Positions 8,219 through 16,599 of a DNA stretch of 33,577 nucleotides are shown piece by piece; the first letter of the stretch is position 1, and every line of letters starts with the position of its first letter. The notes beneath the pieces are model-generated. The model made no database searches and was not told where the DNA came from. It worked only from the letters and a program-made list of their open reading frames with translations. The position numbers and the translations under genes were made by a program. The stretch comes from a virus (lineage: Duplodnaviria; Caudoviricetes), in IMG/VR virus record IMGVR_UViG_3300042515_000605, positions 1 to 33,577 of that record; one strand, 5' to 3'.

Positions 8219-8920
8219 ATGGCAAAAAACTTTCCATATTTTAAATTTACCGCAACTGAATGGCTTACTGGTGATATAGTTTATGAATCTTTAGAACTTC
8301 AAGGATTATTTATTAATGTATGTGCAGTTTATTGGCAACGTGATGGTAAATTAACTATTGAAGATTTAATTAAAAGATATAAGAATGAATCATTAATTAA
8401 TCAATTAATTGATAAATATATCTGGAGCAATAATGGAAATATATTAATTAAATTCTTAGATGAACAATTAATTGAAGCTAATCATATATCAAAAGTTAAT
8501 TCAGAAAATGGTAAAAAAGGAGCGGAAGCTAAACGAAATAAAGCGAACGCTAAGCGACCGCTAAACGATAGTCAAGCGATTTTAAGCAAAAAAGAAAAAG
8601 AATTAAATAAGAATAATAATAATAATAAGAATAAAATAAGAGAGCATGTATTTATTTCTCAATCTGAATTAGATAAACTTTATTCTGAATACTTAGAACA
8701 TGAAGTTAATTGGATGCTGGATAAACTCAATGACTACAAAGCAAGTAAAGGAGTTCAATACAAATCAGATTACCATGCAATCAATATGTGGGTAAAAGAT
8801 GCTTTTAGGAAAGCAAAGGTTGAATTTATAAAAGATAACAATACATCAGAAGTAAGAATACAAACAGCAATGCAATCAATAGAAAATATTAACTGGGATG
8901 ACTATACTAAAAAAAGATGA
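8219..8920 (+). CDS. Replication initiator protein (YdaU/DUF1376-like N-terminus, lambda O analogue)
   Basis: PYFKF...EWL.G...L..QGLFI N-terminus, a SENGKKG linker with internal iterons, and a YKSDY.AI..WV C-terminal domain. Confidence 0.75.
   Translation: MAKNFPYFKFTATEWLTGDIVYESLELQGLFINVCAVYWQRDGKLTIEDLIKRYKNESLINQLIDKYIWSNNGNILIKFLDEQLIEANHISKVNSENGKKGAEAKRNKANAKRPLNDSQAILSKKEKELNKNNNNNKNKIREHVFISQSELDKLYSEYLEHEVNWMLDKLNDYKASKGVQYKSDYHAINMWVKDAFRKAKVEFIKDNNTSEVRIQTAMQSIENINWDDYTKKR
8528..8640 (+). other. Putative origin of replication (iterons plus AT-rich tract)
   Basis: About 5-6 tandem ~11-bp units (GCTAAACGA / GCTAAGCGACC / GTCAAGCGA) followed by an A/AAT-rich run inside the initiator gene. 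Confidence 0.65.
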
Positions 8921-9768
8921 GCAATTTAATTACAACTAATGGATTTTCAGTTTTAGAAGCTGAAGCCATGCAGAAATTACCAAGCCAAATGAAACTTTAT
9001 GTTCAGGCAAAAAATGAAACTAAAATTATTAATCTTAACAAACAGGATGTATTAACTAAATTATATGCTTTAATAATTAAAACTATTGAGCTAAGTGGTG
9101 AAAATAAAAAATACAACTTAGAAGCAAATACAATTAAAAATGTAGCTGGTTTTATTTATGACTACGTTATTGAACATTATAAGGGTGCAACATTATCCGA
9201 GCTTGAAAACGCTTTTAATTTAGGCTTAACTGGTGAATTTGGACAATATGTTGGTTATGGTACTGTAACATTTACAAAGTTTGTTAAAGGTTATATGAGT
9301 TCTCAAAAAAGAGAACAAGCAATGAAGGAATGGTTTAAAATGCAAGATGTAAGAGTTGAAGCTCCAGTTACTAAATTCTTTGAGCAAAACATGGAAATAG
9401 CTAAATACTTTTTTAAAATCTGTGATGCAAATGTAGCGCATAGGTACGGAACTATAATTAACCATGAAGATAATGTAATGCATTTACCTTCTATTTATAA
9501 ATTCCTGTATGATAATTTTCAAATTACATTTAGTGATGAAAGCAAAGAGAAAATAAAAAAACAAGCTAAAATTAATTACAATAATTTTTTAAAGAAATCT
9601 GAAATTAAAAGGTATGATGAAAAAGGTTATAATTCAATTGTACTTTCAGTAATTGATGACAATAATAAAACTTTTGAATACTATGTTCAAAAAGAGGCTT
9701 TAATATTCTTAACTTTAAAATTAAAAGAGCAGGGCAAAACATACGATAACTTAAAACCTTTAAAATGA
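8917..9768 (+). CDS. Putative helicase loader / replication accessory protein
   Basis: Coupled downstream of the initiator, with an ELENAF..G..GEF motif. Function is inferred from position. Confidence 0.5.
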   Translation: MSNLITTNGFSVLEAEAMQKLPSQMKLYVQAKNETKIINLNKQDVLTKLYALIIKTIELSGENKKYNLEANTIKNVAGFIYDYVIEHYKGATLSELENAFNLGLTGEFGQYVGYGTVTFTKFVKGYMSSQKREQAMKEWFKMQDVRVEAPVTKFFEQNMEIAKYFFKICDANVAHRYGTIINHEDNVMHLPSIYKFLYDNFQITFSDESKEKIKKQAKINYNNFLKKSEIKRYDEKGYNSIVLSVIDDNNKTFEYYVQKEALIFLTLKLKEQGKTYDNLKPLK

Positions 9769-9769
9769 T

Positions 9770-9872
9770 GTTATGGATTGGCGGACTTGAATGTGTGGCA
9801 GGTTTGGCGCACACCGCACAGGTAAGGTTGGGAATACCTATATTTAACTCGACATTATCCGCCTTACATAAC
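9770..9872. ncRNA. Candidate structured RNA or DNA hairpin element
   Basis: GC-rich island with nested helices GTTATG/CATAAC, GGCGGA/TCCGCC, TGTGTGG/CCGCACA and GGTA/TACC. Confidence 0.45.
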
Positions 9873-9956
9873 TTACATATTAGCGAATATTTATAGCGAC
9901 TTAGTTAACATCAAAACAATTAGAATATCAAATAATTAAAATTATTAATAACAAAT

Positions 9957-10613
9957 ATGAAAATACTTAATTTATACGCTTGTTTAGGTGGTAATCGTTA
10001 CAAATGGAATGAGGTTAAACAAGATATTGAAGTTACAGCAGTTGAGTTAGACCCTGAAGCTGCAAGGTTATACCAAGAGCGATTTCCAAATGATAAAGTA
10101 ATTGTAGCCGATGCTCACCAATATTTGTTAGACCATTACAAAGAGTTTGATTTTATTTGGAGTTCACCACCTTGTCCAACACATTCAAAGGTTAGATTTA
10201 CACAAAAAAATCAAAACTTTTATATTCCACAATATCCAAATATGATGTTATATCAGGAAGTTATATTTTTAGAACATCATTTTGAAGGTAAATATTGTAT
10301 AGAAAATGTAATACCTTATTATGAGCCATTGATACAAGCACAAAAAAGAGGTAGACATTTATATTGGTGCAATTTTAAATTACCATTAGATATTGCTGAA
10401 AGAAGTATGAGAGGTATAATGTGTGGTCAATCAAATGATGAATTTAAAAAACTTTGTGAATTTCATCAATATGACTTTACTAAATATAAAGGCGAACAAA
10501 GTAGAACTAAAATGGCACGAAACCTTGTAGATTTTGAAGTTGGTAAAACAATATTTGAAACTGCATTAGGAATAATAAATAAATCAAAAACAACACAATT
10601 ACAACTATTATGA
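9957..10613 (+). CDS. Orphan DNA cytosine-C5 methyltransferase-like protein
   Basis: Motif I variant ILNLYACLGG, VELD, catalytic SSPPC, ENV, and RGRH. Confidence 0.85.
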   Translation: MKILNLYACLGGNRYKWNEVKQDIEVTAVELDPEAARLYQERFPNDKVIVADAHQYLLDHYKEFDFIWSSPPCPTHSKVRFTQKNQNFYIPQYPNMMLYQEVIFLEHHFEGKYCIENVIPYYEPLIQAQKRGRHLYWCNFKLPLDIAERSMRGIMCGQSNDEFKKLCEFHQYDFTKYKGEQSRTKMARNLVDFEVGKTIFETALGIINKSKTTQLQLL

Positions 10614-10759
10614 AAACACAAAACAACATGACTTCACTAATTAGCCAAGCTGAATGGTGGGTAAAGAAAACACAGGTTAACCAAGTAAGAGGTAACTTTA
10701 ATTGGAAACTATACATGAAACTAATTGAAGCTAAAAGAAATGAAAATAAAAAAAACTGA
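10610..10759 (+). CDS. Small hypothetical protein (49 aa, MKTQNNMTSLISQAEWW...)
   Basis: ATGA overlap with the methyltransferase stop. Hand-translated. Confidence 0.6.
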   Translation: MKTQNNMTSLISQAEWWVKKTQVNQVRGNFNWKLYMKLIEAKRNENKKN

Positions 10760-10817
10760 TATTCAATTTATTTTAATTGCAACTTTCTTATTAGTTTGTT
10801 TAATTTTGCATAAGTGA
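10740..10817 (+). CDS. 25-aa membrane peptide MKIKKTDIQFILIATFLLVCLILHK
   Basis: Basic N-terminus plus a hydrophobic helix. GTGA overlap with the sigma gene start. Confidence 0.45.
   Translation: MKIKKTDIQFILIATFLLVCLILHK
10777..10809 (+). promoter_or_regulatory. Bacteroidota promoter TTG-N21-TAATTTTGC before the sigma gene
   Basis: Canonical elements and spacing. Confidence 0.6.
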
Positions 10818-11311
10818 TAGATGAACTCGTTAAAAACCGAATTTATAAACAGATAACTAAAAATATCTGCCACAATCACTATCTTTGGGAAGACCTACAT
10901 TTTGAAAGCGTTTTAATTATAATTGAGAAACAATTTGACTTATCCGAAATAAGAAATCTTAAACACTTTTATTCTGCGGTTTGTTGGCGAACCTGGCACT
11001 CAAATAAGTTTAAAAAGAAATACTTTACTGACTTTATTCAGTATGTAGATAATCTTAACGAGGTCATAGAGAATGAAGAGCAAATAGACTATTCAACTTT
11101 AATTAATTTTTTGACTTACTCACCACAAACAGAAAACGAGTTTTATGAACAGAATCTTCTTAAACTTTACATCCAGCATGGAGGGGCAAAAAAGTTAAGC
11201 GACAAAACAAAGATACCTTACAGAACAGTAGCAAATGATATAAAACAAATAAAAGAGAAATTAAAACGACAGCACAATGATAAAAATTCTAATCAAGGCG
11301 AACATGGCTAA
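10814..11311 (+). CDS. ECF-like sigma factor / late transcription regulator
   Basis: Region 2-like YKQITKNIC....WEDLHFE..L and region 4-like HTH AKKLSDKTKIPYRTVANDIKQIKEKLK. GTG start. Confidence 0.7.
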   Translation: MIDELVKNRIYKQITKNICHNHYLWEDLHFESVLIIIEKQFDLSEIRNLKHFYSAVCWRTWHSNKFKKKYFTDFIQYVDNLNEVIENEEQIDYSTLINFLTYSPQTENEFYEQNLLKLYIQHGGAKKLSDKTKIPYRTVANDIKQIKEKLKRQHNDKNSNQGEHG

Positions 11312-12302
11312 CCTTAACGGGTTATCCTATCACAGATTAATAGTTCCTTATTCAAAAGTATCTGACCTTACTAACTTTAAATGTGATGTTTTAGAAGATT
11401 TAGATGTTTTGACAGATGAAATGATAAAAGGCTATCAATATGTAGTTTATCAGCGTGAAATAGATGTTTATGGAAAATCAATAGAGAAAATAAAAAGGTT
11501 TCAAAAGTTAGGATGCAAAGTGATATTTGACATTGACGATTACTGGCATTTACCAACTTCACATGCTTTGTGTAAAGTTTACAAAGAATATCAAATAGTA
11601 AAGCAAACTGAAGATATTTTAAAACATGTAGATATAGTTACTTGCACTACTCAGATACTTGCAGATAAAATAAAACCTTTTAATAAGAATGTAAAGGTAT
11701 ATCCTAACTGTTTAGACCTTACAGATGAACAATGGCAATCTAAAAAAGAACCTTCACAATTTACACGTTTTGGTTACATTGCAGGTGTTCATCATGTGCA
11801 GGATGTTAAGATATTACAAATACCAATAAGGAAAGCAAGGTCAATAAATAACGCTCAATTTGTTTTAGGAGGTTACACTGATAACGATCATTACAAGTAT
11901 TATGAATCAGTAATGAAACAAGGAAACTACCTAAGAATTAACGCTATTAATGTTTATGAGTATGGGAAAGCCTATAACCTTACGGATGTTAGTTTAATTC
12001 CTTTAGAGAAAAACATATTTACTGAAGGAAAGTCCGAAATTAAACTACTTGAAGCTGCTGCACATGGAAATGCTGCAATAGTTTCAAACGTAAAACCTTA
12101 TAACATATTCCCAAAAGATACTGCAATATTTTTAGAGAATAGCGACATTAATGGTTGGTATAAGGCAATAAAGCGACTTACTGAAAGTGAACAAATGAGA
12201 ATTGACTATGCAGAAAAATTAAAAGAATACACGAATATTAACTACAATTTAAACACATGGACAGAGAAACGCAAACAGGATTTAGTATTGGAATTGGCGT
12301 AA
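11277..12302 (+). CDS. GT-B fold glycosyltransferase (GT4-like)
   Basis: Motifs YHRLIVP, KVIFDIDD, FGYIAG..H..D, and LIPL....F..GKSEIKLLEAAAHG...IVSNV.PY. Confidence 0.88.
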   Translation: MIKILIKANMANLNGLSYHRLIVPYSKVSDLTNFKCDVLEDLDVLTDEMIKGYQYVVYQREIDVYGKSIEKIKRFQKLGCKVIFDIDDYWHLPTSHALCKVYKEYQIVKQTEDILKHVDIVTCTTQILADKIKPFNKNVKVYPNCLDLTDEQWQSKKEPSQFTRFGYIAGVHHVQDVKILQIPIRKARSINNAQFVLGGYTDNDHYKYYESVMKQGNYLRINAINVYEYGKAYNLTDVSLIPLEKNIFTEGKSEIKLLEAAAHGNAAIVSNVKPYNIFPKDTAIFLENSDINGWYKAIKRLTESEQMRIDYAEKLKEYTNINYNLNTWTEKRKQDLVLELA

Positions 12303-12913
12303 CAACCACTCCAAATAGAAAAGACTATGTAGATAGATGGCTATTAGAATTTGAAAAAGTAAAGCCTAAAAGCTATCATTTACACATTCATGAAGATGTA
12401 AATTATCGTGGAGTTGCATATTCAAAGAATCAAAATTTAAAAACTTTGCAAGATTGCGATTGCATTTTTCTCTTTGATGATGATTGCTACCCGGTAAAAG
12501 ATGGATGGGCTGACTACTTTATAAACTCAAAACAGAATCATTTATTATACCTAACTAAAATACATAATAAAATTATAATAAAAAACGATATAGAAATATA
12601 TCAAGATTGTGGAGGTGTGTTTATGTTCTTAACTAAAGAGGTTTTAAATAAAGTAGGTTACATGAATCCTGAATACGGGCAGTATGGATTTGAACATGCA
12701 GGATACTCAAATCGAATTTACAAAGCTGGGTTCACTTACGCTCCATATCAACAACTATCACGAACTAAAGAATATTTATTTGCTATGGATTATAACATTG
12801 AACATAAATCAAGCATACCTGAATACAAAAAAGCAAAGTTGATAGAAGAAAATCGAAAAGTATTTATAAAGGAATTGCAAAGTGAAAAAATCTTTTATAA
12901 CTTTGAATCGTGA
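12257..12913 (+). CDS. GT-A glycosyltransferase (GT2/GT7-like)
   Basis: Motifs GVAYSKN, IFLFDDDCYP, and KVGYMNPEYGQYGFEH..YS.RI. Confidence 0.85.
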   Translation: MDRETQTGFSIGIGVTTTPNRKDYVDRWLLEFEKVKPKSYHLHIHEDVNYRGVAYSKNQNLKTLQDCDCIFLFDDDCYPVKDGWADYFINSKQNHLLYLTKIHNKIIIKNDIEIYQDCGGVFMFLTKEVLNKVGYMNPEYGQYGFEHAGYSNRIYKAGFTYAPYQQLSRTKEYLFAMDYNIEHKSSIPEYKKAKLIEENRKVFIKELQSEKIFYNFES

Positions 12914-13593
12914 ATGAACATATCCTCTTCAAATTAGCAACACGCTCAAGACCACTAAAGGCAAAGAAATCAATTGAGAATATCATAATGAAATGTAACT
13001 CAATGAATTACACTATTTTAGTAAGTATTGATGAAGATGATGAAAGCATGTTTGGATTCAGTTATCCAGACGACAATGTGTTTATTGTTCGTGGAACTTC
13101 AAAGAATAAAATTGATGCTATAAATCGTGACATGGATATTTTTGAAGGTTGGAAAATTTTAATCAATACTTCGGATGATATGCACTTTGAAATAAAAGGA
13201 TTTGATGAAATTATAAGACAGGATTTTAAAGGTAATTATGACCAGGTATTACATTATTCGGATGGTTATCAAAGAGGTAATTTAATGACCATGAGTATAA
13301 TGGGTGCAGATTACTACAATCGTTTTAATTACATTTATCATTATGACTATGTATCTTTGTGGTGCGACATGGAAGCTACTGAAGTAGCAAAGATGTTGGG
13401 TAAGTACGAATACAAAGGAGACCAAAAGTTATTATTTACTCATAGGCATCCTGCATGGGGATTAAGTGAGTTTGATTCTCAATACCAAAAGACTGAAGCA
13501 CCTGAAGTAAACCAAAAAGATTATGAAACATATTTAAAAAGGAAAGCTAATCATTTCGATATACCACAACACTTAATAATTTATCCTAATTGA
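12910..13593 (+). CDS. GT-A glycosyltransferase-like protein
   Basis: Motifs ATRSRP, IDEDD, SKNKIDAINR, TSDDM (DxD-like), and Y.SLWCD.E. Confidence 0.75.
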   Translation: MNEHILFKLATRSRPLKAKKSIENIIMKCNSMNYTILVSIDEDDESMFGFSYPDDNVFIVRGTSKNKIDAINRDMDIFEGWKILINTSDDMHFEIKGFDEIIRQDFKGNYDQVLHYSDGYQRGNLMTMSIMGADYYNRFNYIYHYDYVSLWCDMEATEVAKMLGKYEYKGDQKLLFTHRHPAWGLSEFDSQYQKTEAPEVNQKDYETYLKRKANHFDIPQHLIIYPN

Positions 13594-14156
13594 TACTTTC
13601 TATTTTAATACCTACTTTGCCGGAAAGAGCTGAAAAGTTTAATAAACTATTCTTTGACATTAACTTTCAAATAGAGATGCAGAATGCTTTTGGAATAGTT
13701 GAGGTACTAATTGATGAAGCTCCAAAAGGTAAAAGCATTGGTGAGAAAAGAAATCAGTTATTAGAGAAAGTAAGTGGTGAGTATGTTTGTTTTATTGATG
13801 ACGATGACAAACTATCAAACGACTATATTCGTTTAATTTTAAAAGCATTACAAAGCAAACCTGACTGTTTATCTTTAAAGGGTGTTATTACTTTTGACGG
13901 GCATGATCCTAAAATATTTGAACATTCAATTAGGTATTCAGAATACAGAACAACTGCAAATGTAATAACCTATGAACGTTATCCAAATCACTTAAACGTG
14001 ATTAAAAGCAGCATAGCAAAGCAATTTAAGTTTCAAGAAATAAGTTTTGGCGAAGATACTGACTGGGCAACACAAATACATAAAAGTGGACTTTTAAAGA
14101 AAGAAGTACACATTGATCAAATACTTTATTATTATAAATTCGTTTCCAATAAATGA
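13590..14156 (+). CDS. GT2 glycosyltransferase
   Basis: Motifs LSILIPT..ER, IGEKRN.LL...SGEYVCFIDDDD, and GEDTDW. TTG start. Confidence 0.9.
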   Translation: MILSILIPTLPERAEKFNKLFFDINFQIEMQNAFGIVEVLIDEAPKGKSIGEKRNQLLEKVSGEYVCFIDDDDKLSNDYIRLILKALQSKPDCLSLKGVITFDGHDPKIFEHSIRYSEYRTTANVITYERYPNHLNVIKSSIAKQFKFQEISFGEDTDWATQIHKSGLLKKEVHIDQILYYYKFVSNK

Positions 14157-14972
14157 AATATATTAGTTACTCACTTTTTGGCTATGGTAAAAAAGAACAT
14201 AATTGCTTTGATTTTAGCTCCTATCTTAGGGGTATGTGGATTAATATTCGTCTCGCTCGTTGTATATATCCTGATTGGCACATTCATATATGTACTGATG
14301 AAAAAACTTATAACGAGTATGAAAAATTATTTAATAGATTTAAAGCATACAAAGTAAGATTTAGAGTATTACCTGAAGAACCATTGTGTAAAGCAATGCT
14401 ATGGAGGTTATTGCCTATTTTTGAGGCTAATGTTGAAAGAATAATTTGTAGGGATACTGATAGTCCGTTAACATATAGAGAGGCGCAAATGGTAAAAGAA
14501 TGGGAAAATACACCAAAAGTATTACATGCTATTACTGATAGTATATCTCACAATATACCTTTAATGGGGGGAATGATACGGGATGAGCCAACACTTTAGA
14601 GATAGGTTTCAAAGTTTAGACTCTGTTTTAGATAATAGGGATTATACTATAAAAGGTAGCGACCAAGATACATTGAACGCTAAAATTTATCCAATTTACG
14701 CTCAACATGGAACTGAATCTATTATTCAGCATTACATATTAGGAATGCCAAATACATTTTTGAGTGGTTACAGAAATACTTTTATTGATGAACCTTTGGA
14801 AAATGTAAATGAAATATACAGGCAAACTAACGATACATGCGGACACATTGGAGCTGCTGGGTGGTATGAAGCACCAACAGTTAAATTCTTAAATGGTTAT
14901 GACCAGTATAAAGATGAATATAAAGAAATAGAATCAGATTATAAACATATATTTTTTTGGGCAAATGAATAA
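14153..14972 (+). pseudogene. Glycosyltransferase-like gene split by a one-base insertion (track ORFs 14153-14599 and 14583-14972)
   Basis: ISYSLFG...WRLLP...RDTDS...RE...V.EW...LMGGM continues naturally into GSDQDTL...IYP once one base at 14578-14579 is removed. Confidence 0.7.
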
Positions 14973-15639
14973 ATTAATATCACATCATTTAGGAATGGGA
15001 GACCACATAGTACATTGTGGATTAGTAAGGCATATTTATAAGCGTGATGTAAGAAAATACGACACTATCTTTATTTTATGTTATAGGCATAATGCAGAAA
15101 ATGTAAAAAGAATGTATGAAGGTTTAAATAAAATTGAACTTTTAATAATTGATAATGAAAATGAAATTGGAACTGCAATAGATAATTTTGTAGGAGACAA
15201 AGAGGATTTTCACTTAGATCAACAAGGTTATGAACTTTACAATCAAATAGGTGACGATGCTTTTTTTGAGAATAAAAAATATGATAAAAAGTTAAGAAAG
15301 GAATTTCAAGTTAAAAGGGATTTAAAAAAAGAACTTGAACATTTTAACAATTACGCTTCAAGCCATAATGAATATATTTTTGTTCATGACGATTTGCAAA
15401 GAGGATATGAAATAAAAAACTTACCTAACTTACCAATTGTAAGAATACCAAAAGAAGTACCTTTATTTGAAGCCTTAACAATAATGGAAAGAGCAAAAGA
15501 ATGCCATGTAATTAGTTCAGCTTTTGTTTGTTTACTTCAATCAATGCCAAGCCTTAACTCAAATGTAACTGTTCACACATCTGTTCGTAATAGTTATTTA
15601 GAATCATATTTTAAAAATGATGGATTAAAAACTTTATAA
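14965..15639 (+). CDS. GT-B glycosyltransferase-like protein (GT9/fucosyltransferase-like)
   Basis: Motifs HHLGMGDHI...GLVR, YIFVHDD, and AKECHVISSAF. Confidence 0.65.
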   Translation: MNKLISHHLGMGDHIVHCGLVRHIYKRDVRKYDTIFILCYRHNAENVKRMYEGLNKIELLIIDNENEIGTAIDNFVGDKEDFHLDQQGYELYNQIGDDAFFENKKYDKKLRKEFQVKRDLKKELEHFNNYASSHNEYIFVHDDLQRGYEIKNLPNLPIVRIPKEVPLFEALTIMERAKECHVISSAFVCLLQSMPSLNSNVTVHTSVRNSYLESYFKNDGLKTL

Positions 15640-15902
15640 TGGAAACACCAGGAACTTTAATAGACAAACTGATTACAGTTGATTTAAAAATGTGGAATAA
15701 CCAGGAAGCTCTTTATGAAATCAGGCGAATGAGTTATGATGAATTTTACCAAAAATATAACGGTAATGAAGAACTTTATGCTATTTTAAAAAAAGCATGT
15801 GATTTAAATGTTCAACGTAACTCTTTGATTTATGAATTAGATAAGCTATTTGAAAACCTAACAGGAAAAGAAATGGCATTTAATCCACATAAAACATATT
15901 GA
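15639..15902 (+). CDS. DUF4254-like helical protein
   Basis: ETPGTLIDKL...LKMW..QE...DLNVQRN.LI.ELD. Confidence 0.55.
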   Translation: METPGTLIDKLITVDLKMWNNQEALYEIRRMSYDEFYQKYNGNEELYAILKKACDLNVQRNSLIYELDKLFENLTGKEMAFNPHKTY

Positions 15903-16015
15903 TGGAGCTTGCACTTTTAAATATGTATTTAGAAAGCGGATTGACACCTCAGCAATTTTATGACTTAATAAAAGAAATAAACGAGAGACTATACTACGAA
16001 AACATAAATCAATGA
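15902..16015 (+). CDS. Small hypothetical protein (37 aa, MELALLNMYLESG...)
   Basis: TGATG and ATGA couplings on both sides. Confidence 0.55.
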   Translation: MELALLNMYLESGLTPQQFYDLIKEINERLYYENINQ

Positions 16016-16236
16016 TACAACTTTTAGCAACTACTTACATACTGGCAAAATACATACCTAAGCCTAAACTATTAATGAAAAAACCTTTTACTTGCCCTTT
16101 ATGTTTAACATATTGGTCCTTCCTAATTTATCAAATAATTAATTTTACAGGTTATTTTGATTTATTGACTATTCCTTTTACCTTTGCTTTATTGGCATCA
16201 CTAATTGAACAGATAAACGACAGGTACTTATTATGA
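16012..16236 (+). CDS. Small membrane protein with CxxC (DUF1360-like)
   Basis: KPFTCPLCLTYW followed by hydrophobic segments. Confidence 0.6.
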   Translation: MIQLLATTYILAKYIPKPKLLMKKPFTCPLCLTYWSFLIYQIINFTGYFDLLTIPFTFALLASLIEQINDRYLL

Positions 16237-16427
16237 TTCCACAAAACATAGCAGAGCAGTTAATTAAATGGGAACAGATGGGTAAGAACTATTCACCTAC
16301 ATTTAATTGGACTGAACTAAATGATTTAGCTATAAAGAGTGGAAACAAACCTTTTAACTTAGGATGTGGAGATTGCAGAAAACAATTACTTGAATACTTA
16401 CTTGCAGTTATAAAAGATGGAAAATAA
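16233..16427 (+). CDS. Small CxxC protein
   Basis: GCGDCR motif, coupled to its neighbours. Confidence 0.65.
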   Translation: MIPQNIAEQLIKWEQMGKNYSPTFNWTELNDLAIKSGNKPFNLGCGDCRKQLLEYLLAVIKDGK

Positions 16428-16599
16428 ATTAGCGATAACAATATTTTTAAAATATAATATACCTACAAAACAAACTAAAGAATTAAAAGATAAATTTGTT
16501 AAAGCATATAATACAGAAAATGTAATTATATTAATAGGTATGGAAAAACAAACTATTTCAATTACTAATTTGGAAACAAATGAAACTATTGTAATATAA
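16417..16599 (+). CDS. Hypothetical protein
   Basis: 60 aa, very AT-rich, coupled on both sides. Confidence 0.6.
   Translation: MENKLAITIFLKYNIPTKQTKELKDKFVKAYNTENVIILIGMEKQTISITNLETNETIVI

Noticed and set aside
8528-8590. CRISPR array or mini-array
   Set aside because: The units are about 11 bp, degenerate, have no spacers and lie inside a gene. I found no repeat-spacer pattern anywhere in the window.
9770-9872. tRNA gene
   Set aside because: The element is multi-branched but lacks a TTC T-loop, a 7-nt anticodon loop geometry and a CCA end.
14566-14571. G6 tract as a phase-variation switch for the split glycosyltransferase
   Set aside because: Shifting into the downstream frame at this tract immediately meets GAA TGA. 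The frame can only be repaired after the tract.
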